Source: Chthoniobacteraceae bacterium (GTDB taxonomy: Bacteria; Verrucomicrobiota; Verrucomicrobiia; Chthoniobacterales; Chthoniobacteraceae). Taken from it: a DNA stretch of 64,000 nucleotides. Made by a program: the position numbers and the translations under genes. Shown in pieces: positions 1 to 8,593 of this stretch (its first letter is position 1; each line of letters begins with the position of its first letter). Under the pieces are notes generated by a model that was not told the origin of the DNA, did not search any database, and worked only from the letters and a program-made list of their open reading frames with translations. The stretch spans positions 13,051 through 77,050 of the forward strand of contig JBEBGD010000014.1 of NCBI GenBank assembly GCA_040081625.1. The letters are read 5' to 3'.

Positions 1-114
1 ATCGACGAATTGCGCGACTTCATGGAGCAGTTCAAGATCGAGCGCACGCAGGCTAAGCTGCCGCTTCGAGTAGGGCCTTCACCTTCAACGGTGTCTGTGC
101 AAACCACTCCTTAG
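1..114 (+). CDS. 3' end of a gene entering from the left (possible small DNA-binding/excisionase-like protein of the integrative element), partial
   Basis: Frame +1 reads IDELRDFMEQFKIERTQAK... with G/C-ending codons up to TAG at 112-114, convergent with and overlapping the integrase 3' end. Function guessed from context only. Confidence 0.3.
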   Translation: MDELRDFMEQFKIERTQAKLPLRVGPSPSTVSVQTTP

Positions 115-1255
115 CCTGATCCTCAGTCACAAGTTCCCGGTAGTTTCGGAAAAGCATCGATGGGGAATTGCCCATCTCCAGCGCAACACGGGCTGCGTCT
201 TTGAGATCAGCGAGCCGGTAGCTTGCGAAGCTGTGGCGGAGTGCATTCGGTTTCCATGTGAACTCGAAGACGATTCCTTTTATCAAAATCCCTGTCTTGC
301 AGAAGCGAGTGCGCGCCTCCGAGAGCACGTCATTGCGTGTGTAGCCGACGACATGCCCCGTTCGTTTTCGAAGGGGCAGGAGCCAAGCCGCCAACACCGG
401 CAGCAGCGGAACAAGCCGACGGGAAGCCGTCTTGGCCTTTAATGCCGATACCTCGATGAAGCTTTGCTCGAACCGAATGTCGCTCCAGTCGAGCCTCATG
501 ATTTCCTGACTCCGAAGACCTGCAAAAGCACCGATTGCAAAAAATGGCAGTAGCCTTTCGGGCGCATGACCAAGCAGCAACCTCAGTTCGGGCGCGGTGT
601 AGATTTGAATTTCCCCCTCACCCGCTGCTGCGGTCGCCACGTCTTCAACAGCTGTCGGTTCATTGCGCGGAAGATACCTCTTACCTCGCGCATACCGAAA
701 GAGTTGGAGGACAGCATTGCGGTAATTGTTTCGCGTTCGGCCACCGGTGCCGAGGCCATTGAGCCAAACCTCGATTTCGTGAGTGGTGACGCGATCGATT
801 CGCCCTTTGAATTCAGCAGCGAATCTGTTGAGACGATACTTCCTGTCCTCCAGATGGAAAAAGCCCGCGCCTTCCACCTGTTTCGAAGTGAGAAATTCTT
901 CGACAATCTCAGGCACGGTCTTGGCGACAGTTTTTGGATTCTTTTCACGACCAGCGATCCACTCCTCGACCACGCCAAGCAGCGATACCTTAAACGGCGC
1001 GATCTTTTGCTTCACGATTCTGTAGTCCTCAGTCTCGGACAGCGTAAGCGCCTCTTCGCTGCTGCGTCCCGAGATGATCTGGGCAATCAACTTCCTCGCT
1101 TCAGTTTTCGCCGCCTCAAGCGTCGTCCGAGTGATGCGCTTTCGCTTTTCTCCGAGCACTGTATCCACGCAGTAACGTCCATCCGAGAACTCGTAAATGG
1201 GAACGACGACACTCCCCTCTTTGACCTCAATTCGTTTGGGCTTCGTGCGCGGCAT
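53..1255 (-). CDS. Tyrosine recombinase / phage-type integrase
   Basis: 400 aa with AGLRSQE (catalytic Arg), LKAKT (Lys), NALRHSFASY (box II) and MGNS...RNYREL (catalytic Tyr). SAM-like middle region (RTRNNYRNAVLQLF). Lies next to a tRNA 3' end and is visibly more AT-rich than the flanking genes. Confidence 0.95.
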   Translation of the reverse strand: MPRTKPKRIEVKEGSVVVPIYEFSDGRYCVDTVLGEKRKRITRTTLEAAKTEARKLIAQIISGRSSEEALTLSETEDYRIVKQKIAPFKVSLLGVVEEWIAGREKNPKTVAKTVPEIVEEFLTSKQVEGAGFFHLEDRKYRLNRFAAEFKGRIDRVTTHEIEVWLNGLGTGGRTRNNYRNAVLQLFRYARGKRYLPRNEPTAVEDVATAAAGEGEIQIYTAPELRLLLGHAPERLLPFFAIGAFAGLRSQEIMRLDWSDIRFEQSFIEVSALKAKTASRRLVPLLPVLAAWLLPLRKRTGHVVGYTRNDVLSEARTRFCKTGILIKGIVFEFTWKPNALRHSFASYRLADLKDAARVALEMGNSPSMLFRNYRELVTEDQAKEWFAQTPLKVKALLEAAA

Positions 1256-1264
1256 ACCGGTATA

Positions 1265-1284
1265 TCTGTCACGTTTCTGTCACG
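1265..1284. repeat. Tandem 9-bp direct repeat TCTGTCACG (1265-1273, 1276-1284), candidate integrase arm-type binding sites
   Basis: Exact repeat with an 11-bp period between the tRNA 3' end and the integrase start codon. Confidence 0.55.
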
Positions 1285-1320
1285 CGCAACAGCCAATCGC
1301 CCGCAAACCCTGATGAATAC

Positions 1321-1396
1321 TGGCGACCCTAACGGGATTCGAACCCGTGTTCTCGCCGTGAAAGGGCGATGTCCTAGGCCACTGGACGATAGGGTC
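1321..1396 (-). tRNA. tRNA-Glu (anticodon TTC)
   Basis: Reverse complement is GACCCTATCGTCCAGTGGCCTAGGACATCGCCCTTTCACGGCGAGAACACGGGTTCGAATCCCGTTAGGGTCGCCA: 76 nt, GACCCTA/TAGGGTC acceptor stem, TCGCC-CTTTCAC-GGCGA anticodon arm, GGTTCGAATCC T-arm, encoded CCA. Confidence 0.97.
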
Positions 1397-1413
1397 TTCG
1401 TTGGCGGGCGCGG

Positions 1414-1441
1414 AAAGTAGGAGCGGGCGGCGGAGGCGCAA
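1414..1441 (-). promoter_or_regulatory. Sigma70-type promoter of tRNA-Glu
   Basis: Minus strand TTGCGC, 16-nt spacer, TACTTT, then a GC-rich discriminator CCGCGCCC, typical of stable-RNA promoters. Confidence 0.55.
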
Positions 1442-1449
1442 GCGCTTTC

Positions 1450-2790
1450 TCAGCGCTCGTCTGCCATCAGAAGTGTCGCGGTCCGCGCTGTGGCTCCGGC
1501 GTGCGCTGCGAGGGCGACGCGGGCGTGCTCGCCCAATGAGGCGCGACGGTCCGGCGACGCGAGCAGTGCAGCGAAGGCCGGCAGCAAGTCAGCGGCGGTC
1601 TGGATTTGCACGGCGGCTTCCACTCGGAGTAGTCCCGCGACCAAGGCGGCGAAGTTTTCCATGTGCGGACCGAAGACGATCGGCTTGCCGAGCGCTGCCG
1701 GTTCGGCTGGGTTCTGGCCACCGACTTCGGCGATGCCGGGGAGACTCTTCCCGATGAAGGTGACCGTCGCGAGCGCATACCAATCGCGGAGTTCGCCGGT
1801 CACGTCGATCAGGAGCACGTCGGGCCGGTCTCGCGCATCGGGCGGCGGCTGGCTGCGCCGAACGATCTTGAGCCCGAGCGGTGCAAGCTGCCGGATGATC
1901 TCGGGGAATCGTTCTACGTGTCGCGGCACCAGGATCAGGAAAAGGTCCGGGTGCTTGGTGCGAAGCGAGAGCACGACCTCGGCGAGCGTAGATTCCTCGG
2001 GATGCCATGTGCTGCCGGCGACGAGGATCGGCGCGCCTATGGCAACGCCGAGGGTGGCGAGCAGAGCGCGAAACTCCGCCTCGCGCGTGCTTGAAATGGC
2101 GGGCTGGTCGAACTTGATGCTGCCAGTGCAGATCAATCGGGATGGTTCGACGCCGAGGTTCTTCCAACGACTGACGTCATCAGGCTCGGGCACAAAGACG
2201 CGGTCGAGCAGTCGAAAGATCGGACCGGTCCATCGACGCCAGCGTTGAAAGCGCCGCTCGCTCCGCGGGGAGAGGCGGGCGTTCACGAGCGAGACCAGGA
2301 TGTCGCGTCGCCAGCATTCGGCGACGAAATTCGGCCACGCTTCGCCTTCGATCAGGAAGACCTTCCGCGGCTTCACTGCGTCGAGCGCGCGGCGCACGAT
2401 GCGACGCGAGTCGATGGGATTGTAGATCGGTTCGAGCCAGTCGCCGGCCGCCTTGCGCGCTTCCGCGAATCCGGTGGATGTCGTGGTCGAGAGCAGAATC
2501 CCGGCGTTCGGATCGAGTCCGTGAATCGCCCGTGCGAGCTTTAGCGCGATGAAGGTCTCGCCGACGCTGATCGAGTGAATCCAGAGCCACTCGCGGCTGC
2601 GAAAGCGCACGAGATCCTCGGCCGAATAGAACGCGAGGCGCTGGCCGAACTTCTCGCGAAATCCGCCGCGCCGGAACATTCGCAGCAGCACGCCGGGCAG
2701 CAGCGCGAGCAGCACGATCGGGAAGAGCAGATTGTAGATGCGCAGCGAGAGGCGCGTGTCCGGTGGGAGGCTTCGATCGATCGGCGCCAC
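1450..2790 (-). CDS. waaA: 3-deoxy-D-manno-octulosonic acid (Kdo) transferase
   Basis: Motifs WIHSISVGET, EGEAWPNF, NARLSPRS, GSIKFD, AGSTW, LVPRHVERF, D-x-TGEL, GGQNPAEPA, GPHMENF and an N-terminal TM anchor. Start placed at GTG 2790 just after the rsmD stop; exact start uncertain. Confidence 0.93.
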   Translation of the reverse strand: MAPIDRSLPPDTRLSLRIYNLLFPIVLLALLPGVLLRMFRRGGFREKFGQRLAFYSAEDLVRFRSREWLWIHSISVGETFIALKLARAIHGLDPNAGILLSTTTSTGFAEARKAAGDWLEPIYNPIDSRRIVRRALDAVKPRKVFLIEGEAWPNFVAECWRRDILVSLVNARLSPRSERRFQRWRRWTGPIFRLLDRVFVPEPDDVSRWKNLGVEPSRLICTGSIKFDQPAISSTREAEFRALLATLGVAIGAPILVAGSTWHPEESTLAEVVLSLRTKHPDLFLILVPRHVERFPEIIRQLAPLGLKIVRRSQPPPDARDRPDVLLIDVTGELRDWYALATVTFIGKSLPGIAEVGGQNPAEPAALGKPIVFGPHMENFAALVAGLLRVEAAVQIQTAADLLPAFAALLASPDRRASLGEHARVALAAHAGATARTATLLMADER

Positions 2791-2794
2791 GAGG

Positions 2795-3358
2795 TTAAGG
2801 CGAAGGTTCGGCGCGCCGGAAGAATGCGACGGCTGTCGCGCCGTAATTCTTGTCGCGAAAACATTCGAGCGTCGCCGGCGTCTTGACCGCCACATCGGGA
2901 AGATGCTCGAGGACGAAGATGCCGTTCGGCGTCAGCGCGCGGATCAGCGCGACGTTCCCGAGCAACTCCGCACCGAAGTCACGCTCGCCCGGCGCCTTCG
3001 CATACGGAGGATCGGCGATGATGAGATCGAACGATCCCGCGGGAGCGATCCGGTCGAGATAGCTGAAGACATCGAGCGCATGGATTTCTCCGCTCAGGCG
3101 CGCTTTCGCGAGGTTCTCGCGGATGACCGCGACCGCAGGCTGGTCGTTCTCGACGAAGACGACGCTCGCCGCGCCGCGACTGAGCGCCTCGATGCCGAGG
3201 CTGCCGCTGCCCGCAAAGAGATCGAGCACACGCGCGCCGGGGATGACGTCGTGCAGGCTGGAAAAGATCGCGCCCTTGACCCGTTCCATCGTCGGACGCA
3301 CGCCGACACGCGGCACTTTGAGGCGCAGGCCGCGGGCCGACCCGGAGCTCACCCTCAT
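2795..3358 (-). CDS. rsmD: 16S rRNA (guanine966-N2)-methyltransferase
   Basis: MRVSSGSARG...VRPT..RVKGAIF, LDLFAGSGSLGIEALSRGA, DPPY, YG motifs. Start overlaps the upstream stop (ATGA). Confidence 0.93.
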   Translation of the reverse strand: MRVSSGSARGLRLKVPRVGVRPTMERVKGAIFSSLHDVIPGARVLDLFAGSGSLGIEALSRGAASVVFVENDQPAVAVIRENLAKARLSGEIHALDVFSYLDRIAPAGSFDLIIADPPYAKAPGERDFGAELLGNVALIRALTPNGIFVLEHLPDVAVKTPATLECFRDKNYGATAVAFFRRAEPSP

Positions 3359-4755
3359 TGGCGGTCGGGGTCCGGCTTGGCTTCGTCCTTCTTCTTGTCT
3401 TCCTTCGGCGCGCCGCCAAAGAAATTGCCGATCAGATCCTGAAGCTTCCCCTTCACGTTCTTGCCGATGAGCTTTTCCGGGAGGTCGGTCTTCGGTTTGT
3501 CGTTCTTTCCGCTGATCTTGAAGTCGAGCCCATACTGGCCGTCCTCGAGTTTCGTGAAGCTGCCGACCGCGATCTCGGGCAGAGTCTTCGCGACTCGCTC
3601 GCTCACGCTCAGGCGCGCATCGAGAGCGAGTTTGCCGTCGAATCTCGAGACGCCGCTCGCAGCGATGCGCAGGTTCTCGGTCGTTAAAACGAGCGGGTCG
3701 ATGAATACTTTTTCGTCGCGCAGGGTGAAGTCCGCCCGGGTCTCGCGCGGCTGGAAGTTCGCCAGCTCGCCGAGGTCGAGCAGTTGCGCGATCGACTCGA
3801 ACACCTCGAGTTGCTTGAAGTGTCCACCTTCGATGCGCACGTGGCCGGGCCCTTCGAGCCGGGCGATTTGATCGGTCCGGCCAGTCACATCCGCTTCGCC
3901 GGAGAGCCGCCCGGCGACTTCGCCATCGCCCCAGCCGCCGACGCCGGCCAGCGCGTCGAGATTCACCGACCGCACTTCGACCCGGGCCTTGAACGGCTGG
4001 CCGTCAGCGCGCGTATCCATCTCATAGCGCCCATGGATCGCGCCGCCGAAGCTCGTCGCGGTGAGTTCGTCGAGCAGGAGCGTGTCATTTCCGTAGCTGA
4101 GGTTTGTCCGGAAACCCTCGAAGGCGTAGCGACCGCCCCAGACCAATTGTGCGGCCGCCACCGTGCCGGCGATCTGTCCGGCGTCGATCCTGGCAAAATC
4201 CAGCGTCACGTCAGTCGCGGTGATTACCGGTTCCCGCCGCGAGTTGCTCAACACGACATTGCCGCGCACCACCTTCACGCCTTGCACGAGCACGCTGGCC
4301 TTGCGCGACTGCGACTTGTCCTTCGGTTTGCTGGCTTCCTCCGTGAGCGGCTTCTCCGTCGTCGGCTTCTCCGGGGAAGGCCACGTCCAGCGGCCCTCGG
4401 CGTCCTGCGGCCAGTCGAACGTCGGCTGCTCCAGCGTGATGTCGCGAACCACGAACTCGCCGGAGAGCAGCGGTCGCAAAGCGAGTGTTCCCTCCAGCGC
4501 GCTCGCTTTGATGGTCGGCTGCCCGGCACCGTCGCCATCGGGCGTGGTGATCCCCTCGACCCGCAGCTTCGACGGCCAGTGGATCACGACACTCTGAAAA
4601 TTCACCGGGAGCTTAAGCGCCTTGCCGAGCGCCTGTTCGAGTTGCGCTCGCCCGCCCTCGCCCTGCACGTAGGCGCGCAACACGACAAGCCCGAGCACGC
4701 TGAGCAGGAGCAGCGCGGCGAGTGAAATGAGAATGACCTTTGAAAGACGCTTCAC
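3355..4755 (-). CDS. AsmA-family (AsmA-like) envelope protein
   Basis: N-terminal membrane anchor followed by an AsmA/Chorein-N-like segment (LALRPLLSGEFVVRDITLEQP), beta-rich body, and an AsmA-C-like end (LDFKISGKNDKPKTDL). Confidence 0.75.
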   Translation of the reverse strand: MKRLSKVILISLAALLLLSVLGLVVLRAYVQGEGGRAQLEQALGKALKLPVNFQSVVIHWPSKLRVEGITTPDGDGAGQPTIKASALEGTLALRPLLSGEFVVRDITLEQPTFDWPQDAEGRWTWPSPEKPTTEKPLTEEASKPKDKSQSRKASVLVQGVKVVRGNVVLSNSRREPVITATDVTLDFARIDAGQIAGTVAAAQLVWGGRYAFEGFRTNLSYGNDTLLLDELTATSFGGAIHGRYEMDTRADGQPFKARVEVRSVNLDALAGVGGWGDGEVAGRLSGEADVTGRTDQIARLEGPGHVRIEGGHFKQLEVFESIAQLLDLGELANFQPRETRADFTLRDEKVFIDPLVLTTENLRIAASGVSRFDGKLALDARLSVSERVAKTLPEIAVGSFTKLEDGQYGLDFKISGKNDKPKTDLPEKLIGKNVKGKLQDLIGNFFGGAPKEDKKKDEAKPDPDRQ

Positions 4756-4826
4756 GATGCCGATGCTACGGGCACCGCCGCGCCAAGAAAAGGCCGGATT
4801 CCCCTGCCCTGTGCAGAACTTTCGTT

Positions 4827-5684
4827 TTGGACGACATCCTCATCATCATCAACCCCGCTGCCCGCAGCGACCGCGCGCGCTCGATGCACCAAAAGTTCGC
4901 CGCGTTGCCGAACGCACGCATCGAGCCGACCACCGGGCCGGGCGATGCGGGCCGGATCGCACAACGGGCAGCAGCCGAGGGGCGCCGCCTCGTCGTCGCC
5001 GCCGGTGGCGATGGGACGATCAATGAAGTGGTCAACGGTCTCGCCGGCAGCGGCACCGCGCTCGGAATTCTGCCGGCCGGGACGATGAATGTCTTCGCCA
5101 CCGAGCTGGGACTGCCGGGCGATTTTGAAAAGGCGTGGGCAATCATCGAGGCGGGCCGCACGCGCACGATCGATCTCGCGCTGGCGAACGATCAATACTT
5201 CGTGCAGCTCGCCGGCGTCGGTTTCGACGCGCAGGTGGTCGAGCGCACGACCAGCGAGTTCAAACGAAACTTCGGCCCGCTCAGCTACATCTTCAACGCC
5301 GCCCACCTCGCCGCCCAGACGCCGCCGCGATTGATCATCGAACACGACGGCTTCACGCACGAAGGTGGCCTCGTGCTGATCGGCAACGGCCGCTACTACG
5401 GCATGCCGCTGGAGATGTTCGCCGATGCGCGTCTCGACGACGGCCTGCTCGATGTAGTCATCGCGCGCGAGGTCAATCACCTCGCCCTTCTGCGCTTGTT
5501 CAGCGGAGTCGTCACCGGCACGCACATGGACTTCGAGGACATCGATTACTTCCAGACGCGCGAGCTGCGCGTGACCAGCGCGGACGAAGTGCCGGTCGAA
5601 GTCGATGGCGAGCTGGCGGGAAAACTACCCGCGACTTTCCGCATCGCGCCGCATCGGCTCGACGTGGTGGTCGGCGAGTCCTGA
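4827..5684 (+). CDS. Diacylglycerol/lipid kinase family protein (YegS/BmrU-like)
   Basis: IINPAA, AAGGDGTINEVVNG, LPAGTMNVFA, GVGFDA, GNGRYYG, DDGLLD, EVDGE motifs. Start set at TTG 4827 to avoid overlapping the divergent gene. Confidence 0.9.
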   Translation: MDDILIIINPAARSDRARSMHQKFAALPNARIEPTTGPGDAGRIAQRAAAEGRRLVVAAGGDGTINEVVNGLAGSGTALGILPAGTMNVFATELGLPGDFEKAWAIIEAGRTRTIDLALANDQYFVQLAGVGFDAQVVERTTSEFKRNFGPLSYIFNAAHLAAQTPPRLIIEHDGFTHEGGLVLIGNGRYYGMPLEMFADARLDDGLLDVVIAREVNHLALLRLFSGVVTGTHMDFEDIDYFQTRELRVTSADEVPVEVDGELAGKLPATFRIAPHRLDVVVGES

Positions 5685-5695
5685 AATCCGCGCGA

Positions 5696-5785
5696 CTATT
5701 TCGAGCGCAGGATGTGGCGGAAGACGATTGTCGCTTCGGTGATGGCGATGATGAAGCCGAGAAGAGCCCAGAGGTATGCTGACAT
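5696..5785 (-). CDS. Putative 29-aa single-pass membrane peptide
   Basis: MSAYLWALLGFIIAITEATIVFRHILRSK: ATG start, hydrophobic stretch and basic tail, filling the gap between two + strand genes. Confidence 0.4.
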   Translation of the reverse strand: MSAYLWALLGFIIAITEATIVFRHILRSK

Positions 5786-5929
5786 GGCGATCGATGGAGT
5801 TTGAGTTTCGTTGCTGATGACGCGGTGAAGTTGGCGCGTTCGCTCACAGCCGCTCGCCGTCCGTTGCCGGGGAATGCACGTGGATTGTCCAAACAAGCGC
5901 GAGGCCCGGCGGTTCTCCACGCACCCACC

Positions 5930-8467
5930 ATGCGCACCCTCCTCACGCTTCTTGCCCTCAGCACATTCATTCACGCCGCTCCCGAGGCATTCGAGGTCGG
6001 ATCGGACAAGATCGATCAACTCCCGCGCGGCAAGGAAGCCGACGGGATCATCGGCGACTTCGTGCTCCGCAACGACAAGATCGAAGCCGTCATCTCCGGC
6101 AACCTCCCCTTGCGCCGCGCGAATATGAGCACGTTTTACGGCGACGACGGCATCACGCCCGGCTGCCTTTACGACCTCACGCTGCGCGGCGCGAACAACG
6201 ACCAGATCGTGATCTTCGGCCCGACAGCGCAGCAGGGCCGCGTGTCGTGGGTGCGCGTCGGAAAGAATGGCAAGGACGGCGAGGCGAGCGTCGAGTGCGT
6301 CGTCACCGGCGCACTGAACGGCGGCCTCGCGAAGCGACACGAATACAAGCTGCGCGACGGCTGGCAGGGCGTGCTCGTGACTACGACCGTGACGAATGAG
6401 GGAGCGGACGCGCAGAAGATCGCGCTCGCCGACAAGTGGACGAACTTCAAGCGCATGGGTTCCGCGTTCAGCATCGCATGGGCGGAAGCCATCGATCCCG
6501 CGGACCGCGCGGGCTACGCCTACGGCGTCACCGAGGCGCCGGCGGGCTTCGCTCCGACGAAGCCGACGGACTTGAAACCCGGCGAGTCACTCACCTTTTC
6601 GCGATTCCTCGCGGTCGGGCATTCACCACTCGAAGCCGTGGGGCTCGTCGCGGAGAGGCGCGGCGTGGTCGGGCAGGTCAGCGGGGTATTGAAAGACAAA
6701 GCCGGCAAGCCCGTTAGCGGCGGGCAACTTCTCATCAGTGCCGCCGCGAGCACCGCCGGCGTCGCGCAGACGGACAAGGACGGCCGCTTCGCCTTCGCGC
6801 TGCCGGAAGGGAAATACAGCGCGGAGATCACCGACCAGGGCCGTGCGACCGTGACACGGGAGTTTGAAGTGAAAGCCGGCGCCGCGACGAAGCTCGACGC
6901 CACGCTCGCCGCCGCATCGGCGATCCAGTTCGACATCCGCGACGAAGCGAAGCGCTCCATCCCGTGCAAGGCGCAGTTTCTCGCCGAGGAAGGCACCGAG
7001 CTCGTGAACCTCGGCCCCGAGATGCGCGCTCGCGGCTGCAAGGATCAGTATCACAGCGAGCGCGGCGAGTTCCGCGTGCAGCTTCCGCCGGGGAAATATC
7101 GCGTCGTCGTCACGCGCGGCATCGAGCACAGCCATCTCTCCCGCACGATCGAACTGAAGCCCGGCGAGACCGCAAGTTTCTCCGGCACGCTCAAACGCCT
7201 CGTCGATACGGCCGGCTGGGTCAGCGCCGACTACCACAACCACTCCACGCCCAGCGGCGACAACGTGTGCGGCACCGACGATCGCATCATCAATCTCGCC
7301 GCCGAGCACATCGAGTTCGCGCCGACCACGGAGCACAACCGGCTCTACGATTGGAGCCCGCACATCGAGCGGCTCAAGCTGAGCGACTACGTGCAGACCG
7401 TCCCCGGCATGGAACTCACCGGCAGCGCCGCACACTTCAACGCCTTCCCCTTCAAACCCGAACCCGGCAAGCAGGACAGCGGCGCGCCCGTCTGGAACAA
7501 AGACCCGCGCATCACCGCCATCACGCTGCGCGACTGGCAGGGCGCCGAGCCGGATCGCTGGATTCAGATCAACCATCCCGACATGACGAAGAACTTCTCC
7601 GACGCGGACGACGACGGTCGCGCCGATGGCGGCTTCACGGGCCTCGCGATGCTCATCGATGGCGTCGAAACGCAAAACTACAGCGACAGCAACATCCTCC
7701 ACCCGGCTCCGTATCGCATCGGTCGCGGACGGGACGGCAAGGAGAACGCGAGCGAAGTGCGCGAGTTCGTGTGGCTGCAAATGCTCAACCGCGGCCATCG
7801 TTACGTCGGCGTGGCCGTGTGCGACGCGCACACCGTCTGGGGCAACGGCGTCGGCGGCTGGCGCATGTATATGCCCAGCGCGAGTGACGAGCCCGCGAAG
7901 ATCGACTGGCGTGAGAACTCGCGCCACGCGAAGGCCGGCCGCAGCATTCTCACCAGCGGCCCCTACCTCACCGTCGCGACGAGCGACGGCACGCTCCCCG
8001 GCGGCACCACGCGCGCGCAGAGCGGCGGCGTGAAGCTGCGAGTGAAGGTGCAATGCACCGACTGGATCGACATCGACCGCGTGCAGGTGCTCGTGAATGG
8101 CCGCCAGCCCGCCGACCTGAGCTTCACCCGCGCGACGCACCCGAAGATGTTTGCCGACGGCGTGGTGAAGTTCGAGCGCGAGATCTTCGTCCCGCTCGCA
8201 CAGGACGCGCACATCATCGTCGTCGCGCGCGGCGAGAAGAGCACGCTCGCGACTGGCTTCGGCACGTCCGGTCAGGCCAATGTCCGCCCGACCGCCTACA
8301 ACAACCCGATCTTCGTCGATGCCGATGGCGGCGGCTTCACGCCGAATGGCGACACGCTCGGCTGGCCTCTCCCGGTGAAGAAGCCCAACCTCGACGAGAT
8401 CAAGCGCCAGCTCGCCGCCAACGGTCTCCCCGCCGTCCCGCCGCCGGTGAAGACGATCGCGCCGTAG
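5930..8467 (+). CDS. Secreted CehA/McbA-like PHP-fold metallohydrolase with carboxypeptidase-regulatory-like domains
   Basis: Signal peptide MRTLLTLLALSTFIHAA; PHP metal motifs ADYHNHS, TEHN, GMELT...HFNAF, INHP, CDAH; two GxVxD..G.P...TD.DG.F...LP.GxY domains. Confidence 0.8.
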   Translation: MRTLLTLLALSTFIHAAPEAFEVGSDKIDQLPRGKEADGIIGDFVLRNDKIEAVISGNLPLRRANMSTFYGDDGITPGCLYDLTLRGANNDQIVIFGPTAQQGRVSWVRVGKNGKDGEASVECVVTGALNGGLAKRHEYKLRDGWQGVLVTTTVTNEGADAQKIALADKWTNFKRMGSAFSIAWAEAIDPADRAGYAYGVTEAPAGFAPTKPTDLKPGESLTFSRFLAVGHSPLEAVGLVAERRGVVGQVSGVLKDKAGKPVSGGQLLISAAASTAGVAQTDKDGRFAFALPEGKYSAEITDQGRATVTREFEVKAGAATKLDATLAAASAIQFDIRDEAKRSIPCKAQFLAEEGTELVNLGPEMRARGCKDQYHSERGEFRVQLPPGKYRVVVTRGIEHSHLSRTIELKPGETASFSGTLKRLVDTAGWVSADYHNHSTPSGDNVCGTDDRIINLAAEHIEFAPTTEHNRLYDWSPHIERLKLSDYVQTVPGMELTGSAAHFNAFPFKPEPGKQDSGAPVWNKDPRITAITLRDWQGAEPDRWIQINHPDMTKNFSDADDDGRADGGFTGLAMLIDGVETQNYSDSNILHPAPYRIGRGRDGKENASEVREFVWLQMLNRGHRYVGVAVCDAHTVWGNGVGGWRMYMPSASDEPAKIDWRENSRHAKAGRSILTSGPYLTVATSDGTLPGGTTRAQSGGVKLRVKVQCTDWIDIDRVQVLVNGRQPADLSFTRATHPKMFADGVVKFEREIFVPLAQDAHIIVVARGEKSTLATGFGTSGQANVRPTAYNNPIFVDADGGGFTPNGDTLGWPLPVKKPNLDEIKRQLAANGLPAVPPPVKTIAP

Positions 8468-8469
8468 CC

Positions 8470-8565
8470 GGAGCGCCGGCGTCCCCGCCGGCCACTCATG
8501 GCCGCGCAGCGGGAATCTTCCGGCTTCGCCGCGGGTATTCGTGGCCAGCGAGACGCTGGCGCTCC
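8470..8565. repeat. REP-like imperfect inverted repeat pair
   Basis: GGAGCGCCGGCGTCCCCGCCGGCCAC (8470-8495) is near-complementary to GTGGCCAGCGAGACGCTGGCGCTCC (8541-8565), and each arm is itself a hairpin. Confidence 0.7.
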
Positions 8566-8593
8566 ATACCGCCGACCTGCTATGACGACGTCC

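Larger units (their letters stand above)
1..1320. mobile_element. Right boundary of an integrative element/genomic island inserted at tRNA-Glu, extending left beyond the window
   Basis: Integrase starts 65 bp downstream of the tRNA 3' end in the same orientation, with a composition shift. The second att copy is not in the window. Confidence 0.7.

Noticed and set aside
566..1420. 284-aa + strand ORF across the integrase and tRNA
   Set aside because: Antisense to a clear integrase, runs through a tRNA gene and has no recognisable motifs.
2791..2895. Extended N-termini given by the ORF track for waaA (also 4740-4826, 5801-5929 and 8498-8581 for the other genes)
   Set aside because: They overlap neighbouring genes or repeats and precede the evident signal/anchor or first conserved motif.
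3355..4755. Functional link between the AsmA-like gene and the beta-meander giant protein
   Set aside because: Separated by unrelated, oppositely oriented genes. The AsmA-like gene sits in a housekeeping cluster, and proximity alone is not evidence.
5696..6340. 214-aa minus ORF
   Set aside because: Mostly antisense to the metallohydrolase. Only the last 29 codons from ATG 5785 look like a real peptide.
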